From assembly GCA_041494705.1 (NCBI GenBank), contig JBGQBI010000002.1:60001-92000 (forward strand): DNA of 32,000 nt, in the 5' to 3' direction. The number at the start of each line of letters is the position of its first letter. The first letter of the stretch is position 1. Of this stretch, positions 16,759 to 25,662 are shown in pieces. The translations under genes and the position numbers were made by a program. The stretch is from Candidatus Methanoperedens sp. Lineage in GTDB: Archaea; Halobacteriota; Methanosarcinia; Methanosarcinales; Methanoperedenaceae. The notes below the pieces were generated by a model that was given only the letters and a program-made list of their open reading frames with translations, had not been told where the DNA came from and did no database searches.

Positions 16759-16813
16759 CCTGATTGGTAGGAGTTATCAGCTATCAAGCGGTTAAAGGCG
16801 AACTCCATCGCCC
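16759..16813 (-). promoter_or_regulatory. Fluoride riboswitch aptamer (crcB RNA motif)
   Basis: The minus strand reads GGGCGATGGAGTTCGCCTTTAACCGCTTGATAGCTGATAACTCCTACCAATCAGG. P1 is GGCG/CGCC, P3 is GCT-TGAT-AGC, and the pseudoknot is GGAGTT:AACTCC. It is near-identical to the conserved crcB core as I remember it. It ends ~30 nt upstream of the antiporter ATG (16734). Confidence 0.85.
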
Positions 16814-16920
16814 GTTCCTGTACAAAAGAAACAGCCACTTTTAATGTATTGGAAGTAATTAAGCTTTTCAGTTGAAGTGGGTGTAAAATCCTTTGGTGTT
16901 GTTAAATCAAAAAGCAAAAT

Positions 16921-16982
16921 AGCCACAGAGACACGGAGGTCACTGAGTTATTATTTCTCGGTGTCTCTGCGCCTCCGTGGCT
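16921..16982. repeat. Palindromic heptad element, CACNGAG variant (3 + 3 words)
   Basis: CACAGAG 16924, CACGGAG 16932, CACTGAG 16941. Loop TTATTATTT. CTCGGTG 16957, CTCTGCG 16965, CTCCGTG 16973. Closed by AGCCAC/GTGGCT. Confidence 0.85.
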
Positions 16983-17061
16983 AATATTTATACCAAACCA
17001 ACTTTTTTACACTCCTATCAAATCAAAATATTTATCTATTCTGCATTACATTAATCGAGAG

Positions 17062-17349
17062 ATGGATCGTTTGGCTGGAAAAATCAGGAGAGCTGCGACA
17101 AGTATTCTTCCGGTGGATGACACCCGCGTCGGTGAATGTAAAAATTGCGGGTCTTGCTGCATGTTTTTATATAAATGCCCGTTCCTGAAATTCGAAAATC
17201 ATAATTCTCACAAAGCCATCTGCACCATACATGGTATCAGGCCGCCCATGTGCAGGAAATATCCAAGAACTCAGGATGAGCAGGAGCATCAACCGTGCGG
17301 ATATTATTTTATTGAAGAAAACCCAGCTGAAGCACGCTATAGGAACTGA
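17062..17349 (+). CDS. YkgJ-family cysteine-cluster protein (CxxCxxCC Zn/Fe-chelating domain)
   Basis: 95 aa with a CKNCGSCC motif plus further conserved Cys residues. Confidence 0.7.
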   Translation: MDRLAGKIRRAATSILPVDDTRVGECKNCGSCCMFLYKCPFLKFENHNSHKAICTIHGIRPPMCRKYPRTQDEQEHQPCGYYFIEENPAEARYRN

Positions 17350-17403
17350 GGCATAGCATCCGGTAGCAGATAATTAAAATATTTCATCTCACAGAGAATA
17401 TAT

Positions 17404-18294
17404 ATGATACTCCTAACAGGTTCAACAGGTTTCATAGGCGCCCGGGTTTTGCTGGCATTATCTGAAAAAAACTTAGAGGTCAGGTGCCTTGTCAGGAAAC
17501 CGGCAAGCCAGGAAAAACCGAACATAACCTACATAACAGGTGATGTCCTTGATTATGATTCGCTGGTCAGGGCAACAGAAGGCATAGACACCGTATATTA
17601 CTTTATTCACATGATGGGGAACCAGCCAAAAGGCGAGCAGAAAAGGTTTGATATACTCGACAGGCTTGCTATAAATAACATGGTCAAAGCCTGCAAGCTA
17701 AATGGCGTTAAAAGGATAATACATCTCACCGGCATGAGAAATCCTCATGAAAAACTATCGCATCACCTTGAGAGCAGGAAGGAAGTTGAAGAAATAATCA
17801 AGAACAGCGGCATCGGTTACACGATTTTCAGGGCGTCGGTCATAATCGGCAGGGGAGGCGCAGCTTTTGATATTCTGGATACTGCTGTTAGAAAATTTCC
17901 AATTATCCCTGTCCTTAACTGGGAGAACACAAAAGTGCAGCCCATTTATATCGACAACGTGATACGGTATCTTGTGGAGTGCCTTGACAGGAAAGAAACT
18001 TTAAACAAATGCTATGACATAGGCTGCTCACAGATTTTCACATATAAAGAATTGATACGGCAGTACTCGGAGGAACTTGGATTAAAAAAGATTTTCATTT
18101 CCATTCCAGGTTCATGGAATCGGCTCTCAGCAGCAGTACTTGGAAAGCTTTCGCCTGTGAATCCAAATGTGGTTTACTGGCTGATAGAATCCCTGCAAAA
18201 TAACATGGTTTGCGAACCGAATGACCTTAAAAAGATATTCGGGTTTGAACCTCTTTCTTTTTCCGAGAGTATCAGGAAACTTGAAGAAAAATAA
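17404..18294 (+). CDS. NAD(P)-binding SDR/NmrA-like (atypical epimerase/dehydratase family) protein
   Basis: N-terminal ILLTGSTGFIGARV Rossmann motif. 296 aa. Confidence 0.8.
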   Translation: MILLTGSTGFIGARVLLALSEKNLEVRCLVRKPASQEKPNITYITGDVLDYDSLVRATEGIDTVYYFIHMMGNQPKGEQKRFDILDRLAINNMVKACKLNGVKRIIHLTGMRNPHEKLSHHLESRKEVEEIIKNSGIGYTIFRASVIIGRGGAAFDILDTAVRKFPIIPVLNWENTKVQPIYIDNVIRYLVECLDRKETLNKCYDIGCSQIFTYKELIRQYSEELGLKKIFISIPGSWNRLSAAVLGKLSPVNPNVVYWLIESLQNNMVCEPNDLKKIFGFEPLSFSESIRKLEEK

Positions 18295-18312
18295 TAAGTA
18301 GAAAACCCGGAT

Positions 18313-19059
18313 TTATGATTTTATCGCTTTGACAAGTTCTTCTATCTTTCCCTTGATATCCTGAACCTGCTCAACAATCGTGCCTGTGCATATCATATCG
18401 GCTCCGGCTTTTACCCGTTCCCTGGCAGCAGGCCCGTCCCTGATGCCGCCGCCCACGATAACTTTGGTCGTTTCCCCGACGGCCTTTTTCACAGCCGCCA
18501 CCATTTCAACAGGCACAGGTTTATCTGCGCCAGAACCCGCTTCGAGATAAATATAATGCATACCGAGGTATTTTGCCGCAAGCGCGTATGCGACTGCAAG
18601 CTTGGGTTTATTTCTCGGTATCAGGCGTGCATCGCCCACCCATCCTGCGGCTCCGCCTGGTTCTATTATGATATACGCCATGGATATCGGTTCGATGCCA
18701 TGCTTATACACAAGCGGCGCACCTATAGCCTGGTTCGTGGTAATATAATTTACATCCCTGGAATTGAGAAGGCTCATGAAAAATACTGCATCAGCGCCCT
18801 CGGCAAGTCCACATGCATTTGCGGGGAATAAAATGACCGGCAGGTCACAGGCTGATTTTATCGCCTGTACAGTCTGTTCAACCGTAGCCCCTGTGGCCCC
18901 GGTGGAGCCCCCCACCATTATAGCATCCGTTCCGCCAAGGGATGCCTCGTGTGCAATTTTCCCTGCATCCTCAGGTAACTGGGAATCAGGGTCGATAAGG
19001 GTAAGGTGAACAGCACCTTCTTTTTCAACAATCTGGTTGAGGCGTTCCTCGACGACCAT
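18313..19059 (-). CDS. Geranylgeranylglyceryl phosphate synthase (PcrB/GGGPS family)
   Basis: 248 aa with HLTLIDPD, IMVGGSTG and VIVGGGIRDG motifs. Confidence 0.9.
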   Translation of the reverse strand: MVVEERLNQIVEKEGAVHLTLIDPDSQLPEDAGKIAHEASLGGTDAIMVGGSTGATGATVEQTVQAIKSACDLPVILFPANACGLAEGADAVFFMSLLNSRDVNYITTNQAIGAPLVYKHGIEPISMAYIIIEPGGAAGWVGDARLIPRNKPKLAVAYALAAKYLGMHYIYLEAGSGADKPVPVEMVAAVKKAVGETTKVIVGGGIRDGPAARERVKAGADMICTGTIVEQVQDIKGKIEELVKAIKS

Positions 19060-19064
19060 CTGGT

Positions 19065-19214
19065 TTACGTTCCCTTAAGTTCCTTTGATTTCATTCTAAG
19101 ATTGGTATATCCGCATTTCCTGCATCTTGTTGCGCGTACTGAATTGCGCGCATTGCATTTCATGCATATCTTCATATGTAAAAGTACTTTTTCCGCTTCT
19201 GGAAATCTTGCCAT
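19065..19214 (-). CDS. rpl40e: Ribosomal protein eL40 (L40e)
   Basis: Below the ORF-track size cutoff. Hand translation gives [49 protein letters not shown], with a CxxC...CxxC zinc ribbon. GAGGTGA precedes the ATG. The stop is 5 nt before the GGGPS start. Confidence 0.88.
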   Translation of the reverse strand: MARFPEAEKVLLHMKICMKCNARNSVRATRCRKCGYTNLRMKSKELKGT

Positions 19215-19269
19215 GATTCACCTCTGGTAGGACTGCTTACTATAATGTTATCAGATTTAACCCTTTGGT

Positions 19270-19686
19270 TCAAAATTTCTTCCCTTTCTTTTCTTCCACC
19301 TGCCGCACTATCTGCGGATAATTCCCGAATACGGATGCCAGGTCGATGGTGCAGACCACATCCACAATACCCACGGCTGCAATCGGTTCTCCTTCGCTGT
19401 CCTGGATTGGGGCAACCACTACCGGTATTCCCTTGTATGCACCCCTGTCAGGGATGGTATGGATAACACAATTTTTGATTAAAGCCTCTTCAAGTATCGG
19501 ACCTGTATAATCCTTATCTACCACTTTCCCTTTCTCAAGCCTTACACCTCTTTTGTTCTTGCTGCGCATCGTGACAGGAAGGGATAAAAGTTCATGTACC
19601 ATTTTCGCAATCGGAAGAATTTCCTCGCTTTTAGAATCAGCTGATAAACATAAATCAGACATTTTAATCACTCCTTTCATTACCAA
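19270..19686 (-). CDS. Conserved archaeal hypothetical protein (possibly DUF2111-like)
   Basis: 138-aa ORF packed tightly between the AMMECR1 and eL40 genes. The family assignment is from memory only. Confidence 0.55.
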   Translation of the reverse strand: MVMKGVIKMSDLCLSADSKSEEILPIAKMVHELLSLPVTMRSKNKRGVRLEKGKVVDKDYTGPILEEALIKNCVIHTIPDRGAYKGIPVVVAPIQDSEGEPIAAVGIVDVVCTIDLASVFGNYPQIVRQVEEKKGKKF

Positions 19687-19689
19687 TCT

Positions 19690-20298
19690 TTATTCCCCGC
19701 ACTTAATATCCTTTTCCTTTATCTCTCCGCCGGGTTCAACTTCCTCAAATATCTGGCCTTCAAAAGAATATACTTCGGCGCCGGAAAGCCATGCATCAGG
19801 CATAAGCCCTGCTTTCATGCAGGTCTGGCACAGGAATTCCGTGGAATCAAAACCGTGTTCAACTGCTACCTGAGGGAGCAAGAGCCCTGAACTCATGCCG
19901 GCCGCGACTATCAGGCCATCCTTCCCGATTACTATTTTATCCGGGAGTTCTTTTGGCTTTGCCTTTATGCGTTTTGGAATAGTGAGCACCGTTACTTCGA
20001 TAACAAGGTCATTTATCTCTTCAGGTTTAACAGGGTGAAAACGAGGGTCGTCCCGGGCTGCGTTGATTGCGGATACTATTATCGCCTCCCCGAGCGGCAA
20101 TACGGGATAAGGCCGGCCGATACAGCCGCGAAGCTCCTTCCTGTCCTTTTTCTTATTTAAAGTCACAAAGACGCCGCGTTTCTCTTTAAATACTTTTGGC
20201 AGGTTATCCGGGTTGATTTTTTTCCCGTTTTTCAGGCATTCCTCTATAGCCTTTCTTGCAAGGCGAACTGCCAGTTCTCCCTCTTGTTTTGTGAGCAT
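19690..20298 (-). CDS. AMMECR1-domain protein
   Basis: 202 aa with GVFVTL...LRGCIG...DDPRF motifs. Confidence 0.88.
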   Translation of the reverse strand: MLTKQEGELAVRLARKAIEECLKNGKKINPDNLPKVFKEKRGVFVTLNKKKDRKELRGCIGRPYPVLPLGEAIIVSAINAARDDPRFHPVKPEEINDLVIEVTVLTIPKRIKAKPKELPDKIVIGKDGLIVAAGMSSGLLLPQVAVEHGFDSTEFLCQTCMKAGLMPDAWLSGAEVYSFEGQIFEEVEPGGEIKEKDIKCGE

Positions 20299-20386
20299 GA
20301 TTATTGATTATCCTGCGGGAATATATGTTTTTTTAATAGCAAAGATATATATACACAATATAATTATTAAAATCATTGTGGTATGT

Positions 20387-20932
20387 ATGGATTTTGTCGG
20401 AAAAACAAAAGGCTTTTTACTTGACCCGGTAAGGACATTCGAGGCTTCGAAAGAAGACAGCTTTGCGGGTGCAACAAGATATTACTTAATCACGGTCGTA
20501 ATATTTTCTGCATTGTTCACATTCCGGTCTATTGTAGCAGGTGATGGAAATGAAGGGGCAATAACGATTTTTGCGAGGGCATGGGTTTTCGGGATTATTG
20601 GAATATTCATATTGGGACTTTTCATTCACATTTTTGTATATCTCGCAGGAGGAAGAAAGGGAAATGCACAGTCAATAAAAGCTGTTATGTACGCTGCCAC
20701 TCCTGGATTGTTGTTCGGCTGGATTCCTTTTATAAACTATATTACCGTGATATGGTCGTTAGTTCTTGTGGTTCACGGGATACACAAGTTTCATGAAATT
20801 ACGCTTGGCAGGGCAATCATTGCCGTGCTCTCGGCAATTATTATAATATTGGCTCTCGCAGCAATAATCATTTATATAGTGATTGAATCATTAGCCAATA
20901 TGATAATAGTTCTATCCCGTGGAACTCATTAA
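20387..20932 (+). CDS. Yip1-family integral membrane protein
   Basis: Start set at ATG 20387 (MDFVGKTKGFLLDPVRTF). About 5 TM segments. The track ORF start at 20213 overlaps the divergent AMMECR1 gene. Confidence 0.65.
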   Translation: MDFVGKTKGFLLDPVRTFEASKEDSFAGATRYYLITVVIFSALFTFRSIVAGDGNEGAITIFARAWVFGIIGIFILGLFIHIFVYLAGGRKGNAQSIKAVMYAATPGLLFGWIPFINYITVIWSLVLVVHGIHKFHEITLGRAIIAVLSAIIIILALAAIIIYIVIESLANMIIVLSRGTH

Positions 20933-20938
20933 ATTTCT

Positions 20939-22033
20939 CTACTTCTTCACTTTTTTCAATCCCTCAATCACTGCATCATACCTCTGGCAAATCCTCTTGA
21001 CAACGTCCATTTCCGCATTCTTATGAGTAGGTATCAAAATATCAGCCCCACTTCCAATCTCTTCTCCTTTACTTGAAGTACCGTAATCAGGTGCTATCTT
21101 GATGCCATCCCCCGAAATCCCCAGGCGCAGTTCGTTCACTATTCGTGACACCATTTCGGTCTGCGGCGCTACTTTCGCAATAATGAAATTGGCCCTTTCG
21201 ATATACTCCTGCTTCAAACCCGAAATATATTCGATACTTTCCTTCACTTTTCTTTTACTTCCGTATTCGGCAAGGATATTGATGGAATTGGTCAAATCCT
21301 CAAACGTTGTAGCCTGGACTTCGATTATCCTGCCGTCAAAGTATTCGCCCAGCTTTTCTTTATAACCCCTGGAAATCACAAGCACGCCCAGGTCCATCAG
21401 GCTGTCACGCTGTTCATCGGTAGGGTTGTAAGGATTTACGAGTTCGTATTCCTCAATTCCGCATAGCGCCATTAACGATTCATACATAGGAGTGACCCCA
21501 ATGCCCTGCTTCCCGAGCCATTTGTCAAGCCCCATTTTCTGCTCTCGGGCAAGTTCAATTATCTTGCGTTTTATGGCTTCAGGGTCGCCGGAATCGAGGT
21601 TGAAATACTCGGCAAACCTCGCCGTTGTCTGGAGAAGGCGTGTCCTTCCCTGCGGCGCTGCGGATACAAATCCGCTCTCCTCAAGTTCCCTCACATGGTC
21701 ATACGCTGCTGCCCCCCTTCTATCCACAAGGTCAGCTACGGTCAGGGGCTGGTGGTAAGCAACCATGGCAAGAGTCCGAAGCACAGGTGAGCGAAGTTCC
21801 TTGGGCGCAAGAGACCTGACTTTTTCAGCAAATTCGGGCTTGACCTGCATCACGAACCTGCCCTCGATTTCCCTTATCTCAATAGCGCTTCCGCGCGCCG
21901 CATATTCATCCATTAATTCCTGGAGTAATTCCCGGACATTCTTTCCTCTGACAAGGTTTCGAAGCTGTCCCGTATCCAAGGGTTCACCCGATGCAAACAG
22001 AGCCGCTTCAATTATCTCCTTATCCCCGCTCAC
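20939..22033 (-). CDS. scpB: ScpB (SMC-kleisin partner) with ~190-aa C-terminal extension
   Basis: N-terminal IIEAALFASGEPL...LRTLAMVAYHQPLTVADL winged-helix ScpB pattern. GTG start overlaps the scpA stop (GTGA). Confidence 0.8.
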   Translation of the reverse strand: MSGDKEIIEAALFASGEPLDTGQLRNLVRGKNVRELLQELMDEYAARGSAIEIREIEGRFVMQVKPEFAEKVRSLAPKELRSPVLRTLAMVAYHQPLTVADLVDRRGAAAYDHVRELEESGFVSAAPQGRTRLLQTTARFAEYFNLDSGDPEAIKRKIIELAREQKMGLDKWLGKQGIGVTPMYESLMALCGIEEYELVNPYNPTDEQRDSLMDLGVLVISRGYKEKLGEYFDGRIIEVQATTFEDLTNSINILAEYGSKRKVKESIEYISGLKQEYIERANFIIAKVAPQTEMVSRIVNELRLGISGDGIKIAPDYGTSSKGEEIGSGADILIPTHKNAEMDVVKRICQRYDAVIEGLKKVKK

Positions 22034-22758
22034 GATGCTCCCTGCCTCCGTATGAAAAGCTCGCCGAAAAGTTCTTCCTGCTCAAGCCAGATTTCCTTTT
22101 TTGTGGCAAGGAAAAGGATGGCAAGGTAAGCCATTACCATTCCCGTCCTGTCAAGAGGAGAAGAAAGGTCTGAGAATTTTATATATTTTTGTTTCTCGAA
22201 TAATTCATTTAATAAATTTCTCATTTTCTCCATCCTGCTTTCGATGTCCTCCTCGTGGGCGATTGAAAGCACTTCCTCGATGGTTGTGCGGCGCTCTTCA
22301 GTCTTGTTTTTAACGCGGTCAAGCTTTCGCTTTTCTACCGCTTCTGCCTTCTTCAGCTCGGATAACAGTTCCTCAAGCGTAACCGGGCGGTTGGATAAGC
22401 GCCGAAGAGGCATTGCTGGTATGGGATAATCGCTGATTTCAAAATTGTCAGATTCATAATCCATTATTTCCCCTGGAGGTTCATCCACTTCCACAAGCGC
22501 GTTGGATTTCATGCGCAGAAGTATGGCGGCATATAACAGAGTTCTCCCCGAAACGCGCAAATCCATCTTTTCAAGCTCTTCGACGTGCTTTAAGAATTTA
22601 TCCGTAAGCTCGACGATATCGATGTTCCATGGGTCAATCTCTCCATTTTTGGCGAGGTTTACCAGGATTTCGATGGGTTCTTCAAGTATGTCTTCACCTG
22701 AAATTACCTCAGCCTCTCCTTCAGTCATATTTGCATGGATATAAGCATATAAAAGCAC
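22030..22758 (-). CDS. scpA: ScpA (segregation and condensation protein A, kleisin)
   Basis: LVNLAKNGEIDPWNIDIVELTDKFL ... GRTLLYAAILLRMKS. A likely alternative start is ATG 22728 (MTEGEAEV). Confidence 0.85.
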   Translation of the reverse strand: MLLYAYIHANMTEGEAEVISGEDILEEPIEILVNLAKNGEIDPWNIDIVELTDKFLKHVEELEKMDLRVSGRTLLYAAILLRMKSNALVEVDEPPGEIMDYESDNFEISDYPIPAMPLRRLSNRPVTLEELLSELKKAEAVEKRKLDRVKNKTEERRTTIEEVLSIAHEEDIESRMEKMRNLLNELFEKQKYIKFSDLSSPLDRTGMVMAYLAILFLATKKEIWLEQEELFGELFIRRQGAS

Positions 22759-22770
22759 ATAAGGATTTTG

Positions 22771-23691
22771 TTAGACGATATTTCGCTTTGTCCCGTCCTT
22801 AGACAGCAGCACAACACGGCTGTTCTCGGATTCATCGGCGATGCAGTAACCCAGCGCTTGCGCCACCTTTTTTGAAAAACCCAGTACTTTCTCATGAGAA
22901 GGCATGTTATCCTGAGTCAGGCGCTTTCTTGAGAATCCAAGGTGCATGTAGGCTTTCAACTCGACATATTCCGGCTCAGCAAGCCCAATCAGGCTCGCAA
23001 ACCCTTCAGGATTCGTCATATTAACCCCGTTAGTCAGGGTTATCCTGATAGCAGTCCTGGTTTTAGAATATTTCATGAGCTCAAGCGACTGCTTTATGTT
23101 CTCCCACGTATCGCAAAGAGGCGCACATACCTTTTCATACGTCTCCCTGTCGGGCGCGTTCAGGCTGATATAAAGCTGCGTGGGCTTTATTTTTCCAATC
23201 ATTTCCGGATTAGTCCCGTTGCTGACCACAAATGTTGTGAGATTCTTTTTATGGAATTCATCTATAAGTTCGGGCAGATATGGATAGAGCGTTGGTTCAC
23301 CGGAAAGCGAGATTGCAGCATGTTTCGGCTCGAATGACTCTTTCCATTTTGTTTTGTCCATAGTTTCCGAGCCGCCGTAGCCTGAGACCAGACGGCGCTG
23401 CCCTGCGAGGCAGCTTTCAACTATCTCTTCCGGGGAGGCCCACTTTTCAGGGATCTCAACCGGCGATTCGATGGCGCGCCAGCAATGAAGGCAGCGGTGG
23501 TTGCATACCAGTGTGGGCGTCATCTGGATGCAGCGGTGCGATGTAATGCCGTAGAACTTTGATTTGTAGCAGCCGCCCTCGTTGCGCAGGCTTTTGTTGA
23601 GCCACAGGCATGTCTTTACAGCGCCGTGGGAACCTGCGAGGTGGTAGCCGTGTTTTTTGAGGAGTGACTTTGTTGATTCGATTATTGTCAT
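22771..23691 (-). CDS. taw1: tRNA 4-demethylwyosine synthase Taw1/TYW1 (radical SAM)
   Basis: CNHRCLHCW radical-SAM cluster motif. N-terminal second Cys cluster region (CLW...GGCYKS...HRC). 306 aa. Confidence 0.88.
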   Translation of the reverse strand: MTIIESTKSLLKKHGYHLAGSHGAVKTCLWLNKSLRNEGGCYKSKFYGITSHRCIQMTPTLVCNHRCLHCWRAIESPVEIPEKWASPEEIVESCLAGQRRLVSGYGGSETMDKTKWKESFEPKHAAISLSGEPTLYPYLPELIDEFHKKNLTTFVVSNGTNPEMIGKIKPTQLYISLNAPDRETYEKVCAPLCDTWENIKQSLELMKYSKTRTAIRITLTNGVNMTNPEGFASLIGLAEPEYVELKAYMHLGFSRKRLTQDNMPSHEKVLGFSKKVAQALGYCIADESENSRVVLLSKDGTKRNIV

Positions 23692-23763
23692 TGATTCCAG
23701 GGTGTGCTTTTATCCGGCATAATATTAAAGTATGGTGGAGAACGCGAAATGAACCGAAAGGTA

Positions 23764-23775
23764 TTATATATAAAA
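23764..23775 (+). promoter_or_regulatory. Candidate archaeal TATA box for mat
   Basis: TTATATATAAAA lies ~40 nt upstream of ATG 23812, and GAGGT sits at 23801-23805. Position is the only evidence. Confidence 0.35.
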
Positions 23776-23811
23776 TAACATCATTTGAAGAAAACCCATC
23801 GAGGTAATTTA

Positions 23812-25008
23812 ATGGCAAGAAATATTCGCGTTGAAAAAATCACACAAACTCCAATTGAAAAACAGGAAATCGAAATAGTAGAAAGAAAAGGGGTTGGACA
23901 CCCGGACAGCATGGCAGACGGCTTTGCAGAAGCAGTAAGCCGGGCGCTGTGCAATGAATACATAAAAAAATGCGGAACAGTCCTCCATCATAACACCGAC
24001 CAGGTCGAAGTTGTAGCGGGGCGTTCCTGCCCGCAATATAAAGGTGGAGAGTTGATTTCACCGATTTATGTGCTTCTTGTTGGAAGAGCGACAAAAGAAT
24101 TCGAGGGCATAAAGATACCTACAGATACAACGGCGGTCAGGGCTGCAAAGCAATACCTGAAAAATACCCTGCCTGACATTGATTCTGAACATGATATTAT
24201 CATTGACTGCAAACTGGGCGTCGGTTCAACTGACCTCCAGAGCGTGTTCAAACGGGGAAAGGCGCCGATGGCAAATGATACCTCTTTCGGCGTAGGGCAT
24301 GCTCCTTTCTCAGAAGTGGAACAGATTGTTTATAATACAGAACGCCAGATGGTCTTGAACTTCAAGAAAGATATGCCGGCTATCGGAACTGATATCAAGG
24401 TCATGGGAATGAGGAAGAACGATAAAATAACCCTCACCGTTGCCTGCGCAATGATAGACAAACATGTGGACGACCAGGCGCACTATTTTTCCATAAAAGA
24501 AGAACTTCGCAATAAAATATGTGACCTTGCTGCTGAATATACCGAGCGAGAGGTAGAAGTCTTCGTCAATACAGGCGATGACGAAAAAAGCGGGTCGGTT
24601 TACCTCACAGTTACAGGAACGTCAGCCGAGATGGGTGACGATGGTTCTGTAGGGCGTGGGAACAGGTGCAATGGCCTTATTACCCCGAACAGGCCGATGA
24701 GCATGGAAGCCACAAGCGGGAAGAACCCCATAAACCATGTGGGCAAGCTGTACAACCTTCTTTCCAACCAGATAGCAAAGGATATTGCAGACAACGTTTC
24801 GGGAATTGAAGACGTGTATATTCGCATCCTTTCGCAGATAGGGAAGCCTATAGACCAGCCGCTGATTGCAAGCGCCCAGGTGATACCGGAAGATGGCGCG
24901 AATATGAAGGTTATAAAATCAGAATCTGAAGCTATAATCGATAAATGGCTTGGCGATATTACAAAAATCACCGAGATGACCACCAGGGGAGAGCTGGATA
25001 CTTTCTAG
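23812..25008 (+). CDS. mat: S-adenosylmethionine synthetase, archaeal type
   Basis: Start at ATG 23812 (MARNIRVEKI). ERKGVGHPDSMADG motif. About 398 aa. Confidence 0.93.
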   Translation: MARNIRVEKITQTPIEKQEIEIVERKGVGHPDSMADGFAEAVSRALCNEYIKKCGTVLHHNTDQVEVVAGRSCPQYKGGELISPIYVLLVGRATKEFEGIKIPTDTTAVRAAKQYLKNTLPDIDSEHDIIIDCKLGVGSTDLQSVFKRGKAPMANDTSFGVGHAPFSEVEQIVYNTERQMVLNFKKDMPAIGTDIKVMGMRKNDKITLTVACAMIDKHVDDQAHYFSIKEELRNKICDLAAEYTEREVEVFVNTGDDEKSGSVYLTVTGTSAEMGDDGSVGRGNRCNGLITPNRPMSMEATSGKNPINHVGKLYNLLSNQIAKDIADNVSGIEDVYIRILSQIGKPIDQPLIASAQVIPEDGANMKVIKSESEAIIDKWLGDITKITEMTTRGELDTF

Positions 25009-25394
25009 CTTTCCAATATTTTTACATTAACACTCCGGTTTCTTGGCCCGTCAAGTTCCACAAAGAATATACTCTGCCACGTTCCAAGGACAAGATGACT
25101 GTCTTCGACAGGTAAGACGGCGCTGTTGCCAAGCAGGGCCGCGCGCAGGTGTGAGTCTGCATTGTTGTCTATCCGGTTGTGGGCGTAGCTCTTATTTTCG
25201 GGGATAAGCGTCTCCAACATTTCCAACATATCGCCCCTGAGCCCGCGCTCGTTCTCGTTTATTATAATGCTGCTTGTGGTGTGGCGCGCGGAGATGACGC
25301 AGATGCCGTCTTTTATCCTGCTTTCTTTTACTATTGCGCGCACCCGGTCTGTTATGTCGATGAGTTCAGTACGGGTTGTGGTCTGGATATCCAT
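25005..25394 (-). CDS. YjbQ/UPF0047 family protein (secondary thiamine-phosphate synthase)
   Basis: 129 aa with HTTSSIIINE ... DNNADSHLRA ... GTWQSIFFVELDGPR motifs. Confidence 0.88.
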   Translation of the reverse strand: MDIQTTTRTELIDITDRVRAIVKESRIKDGICVISARHTTSSIIINENERGLRGDMLEMLETLIPENKSYAHNRIDNNADSHLRAALLGNSAVLPVEDSHLVLGTWQSIFFVELDGPRNRSVNVKILES

Positions 25395-25443
25395 TAGTTA
25401 TCACCATATTCTGTCAAATCTTGAGCACTTTAATGGCTTTCCG

Positions 25444-25650
25444 TTAATTTATGAGTTTTCCACCACCTGTAATCAGGAGGTAAAGACCAATAGCCAATGC
25501 AGCATCCACTTGTATTGCTAAACCGGTGCCAGCGCCCACGGTGCAGGGTATAATTAATGACACGGGTTGATTAACAGTACATGCAATCAGCATATATACG
25601 AATGGGATACACATTATGAGCCCGATTATCCGTAAGTGGATTTTCTTCAT
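25444..25650 (-). CDS. Small membrane protein, hypothetical
   Basis: 68-aa ORF with two hydrophobic segments, 10 nt downstream of the rubrerythrin stop. Confidence 0.35.
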   Translation of the reverse strand: MKKIHLRIIGLIMCIPFVYMLIACTVNQPVSLIIPCTVGAGTGLAIQVDAALAIGLYLLITGGGKLIN

Positions 25651-25662
25651 GGCTCATAGCAT

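Noticed and set aside
23456-23818. 120-aa minus-strand ORF overlapping the taw1 5' end in another frame
   Set aside because: It overlaps the radical-SAM gene and the divergent promoter region, and its Arg/Pro-rich translation is typical of an off-frame artefact.
25005-25008. Convergent mat and yjbQ stop codons sharing a CTAG palindrome
   Set aside because: This is an ordinary 4-nt overlap of convergent genes with no further structure.
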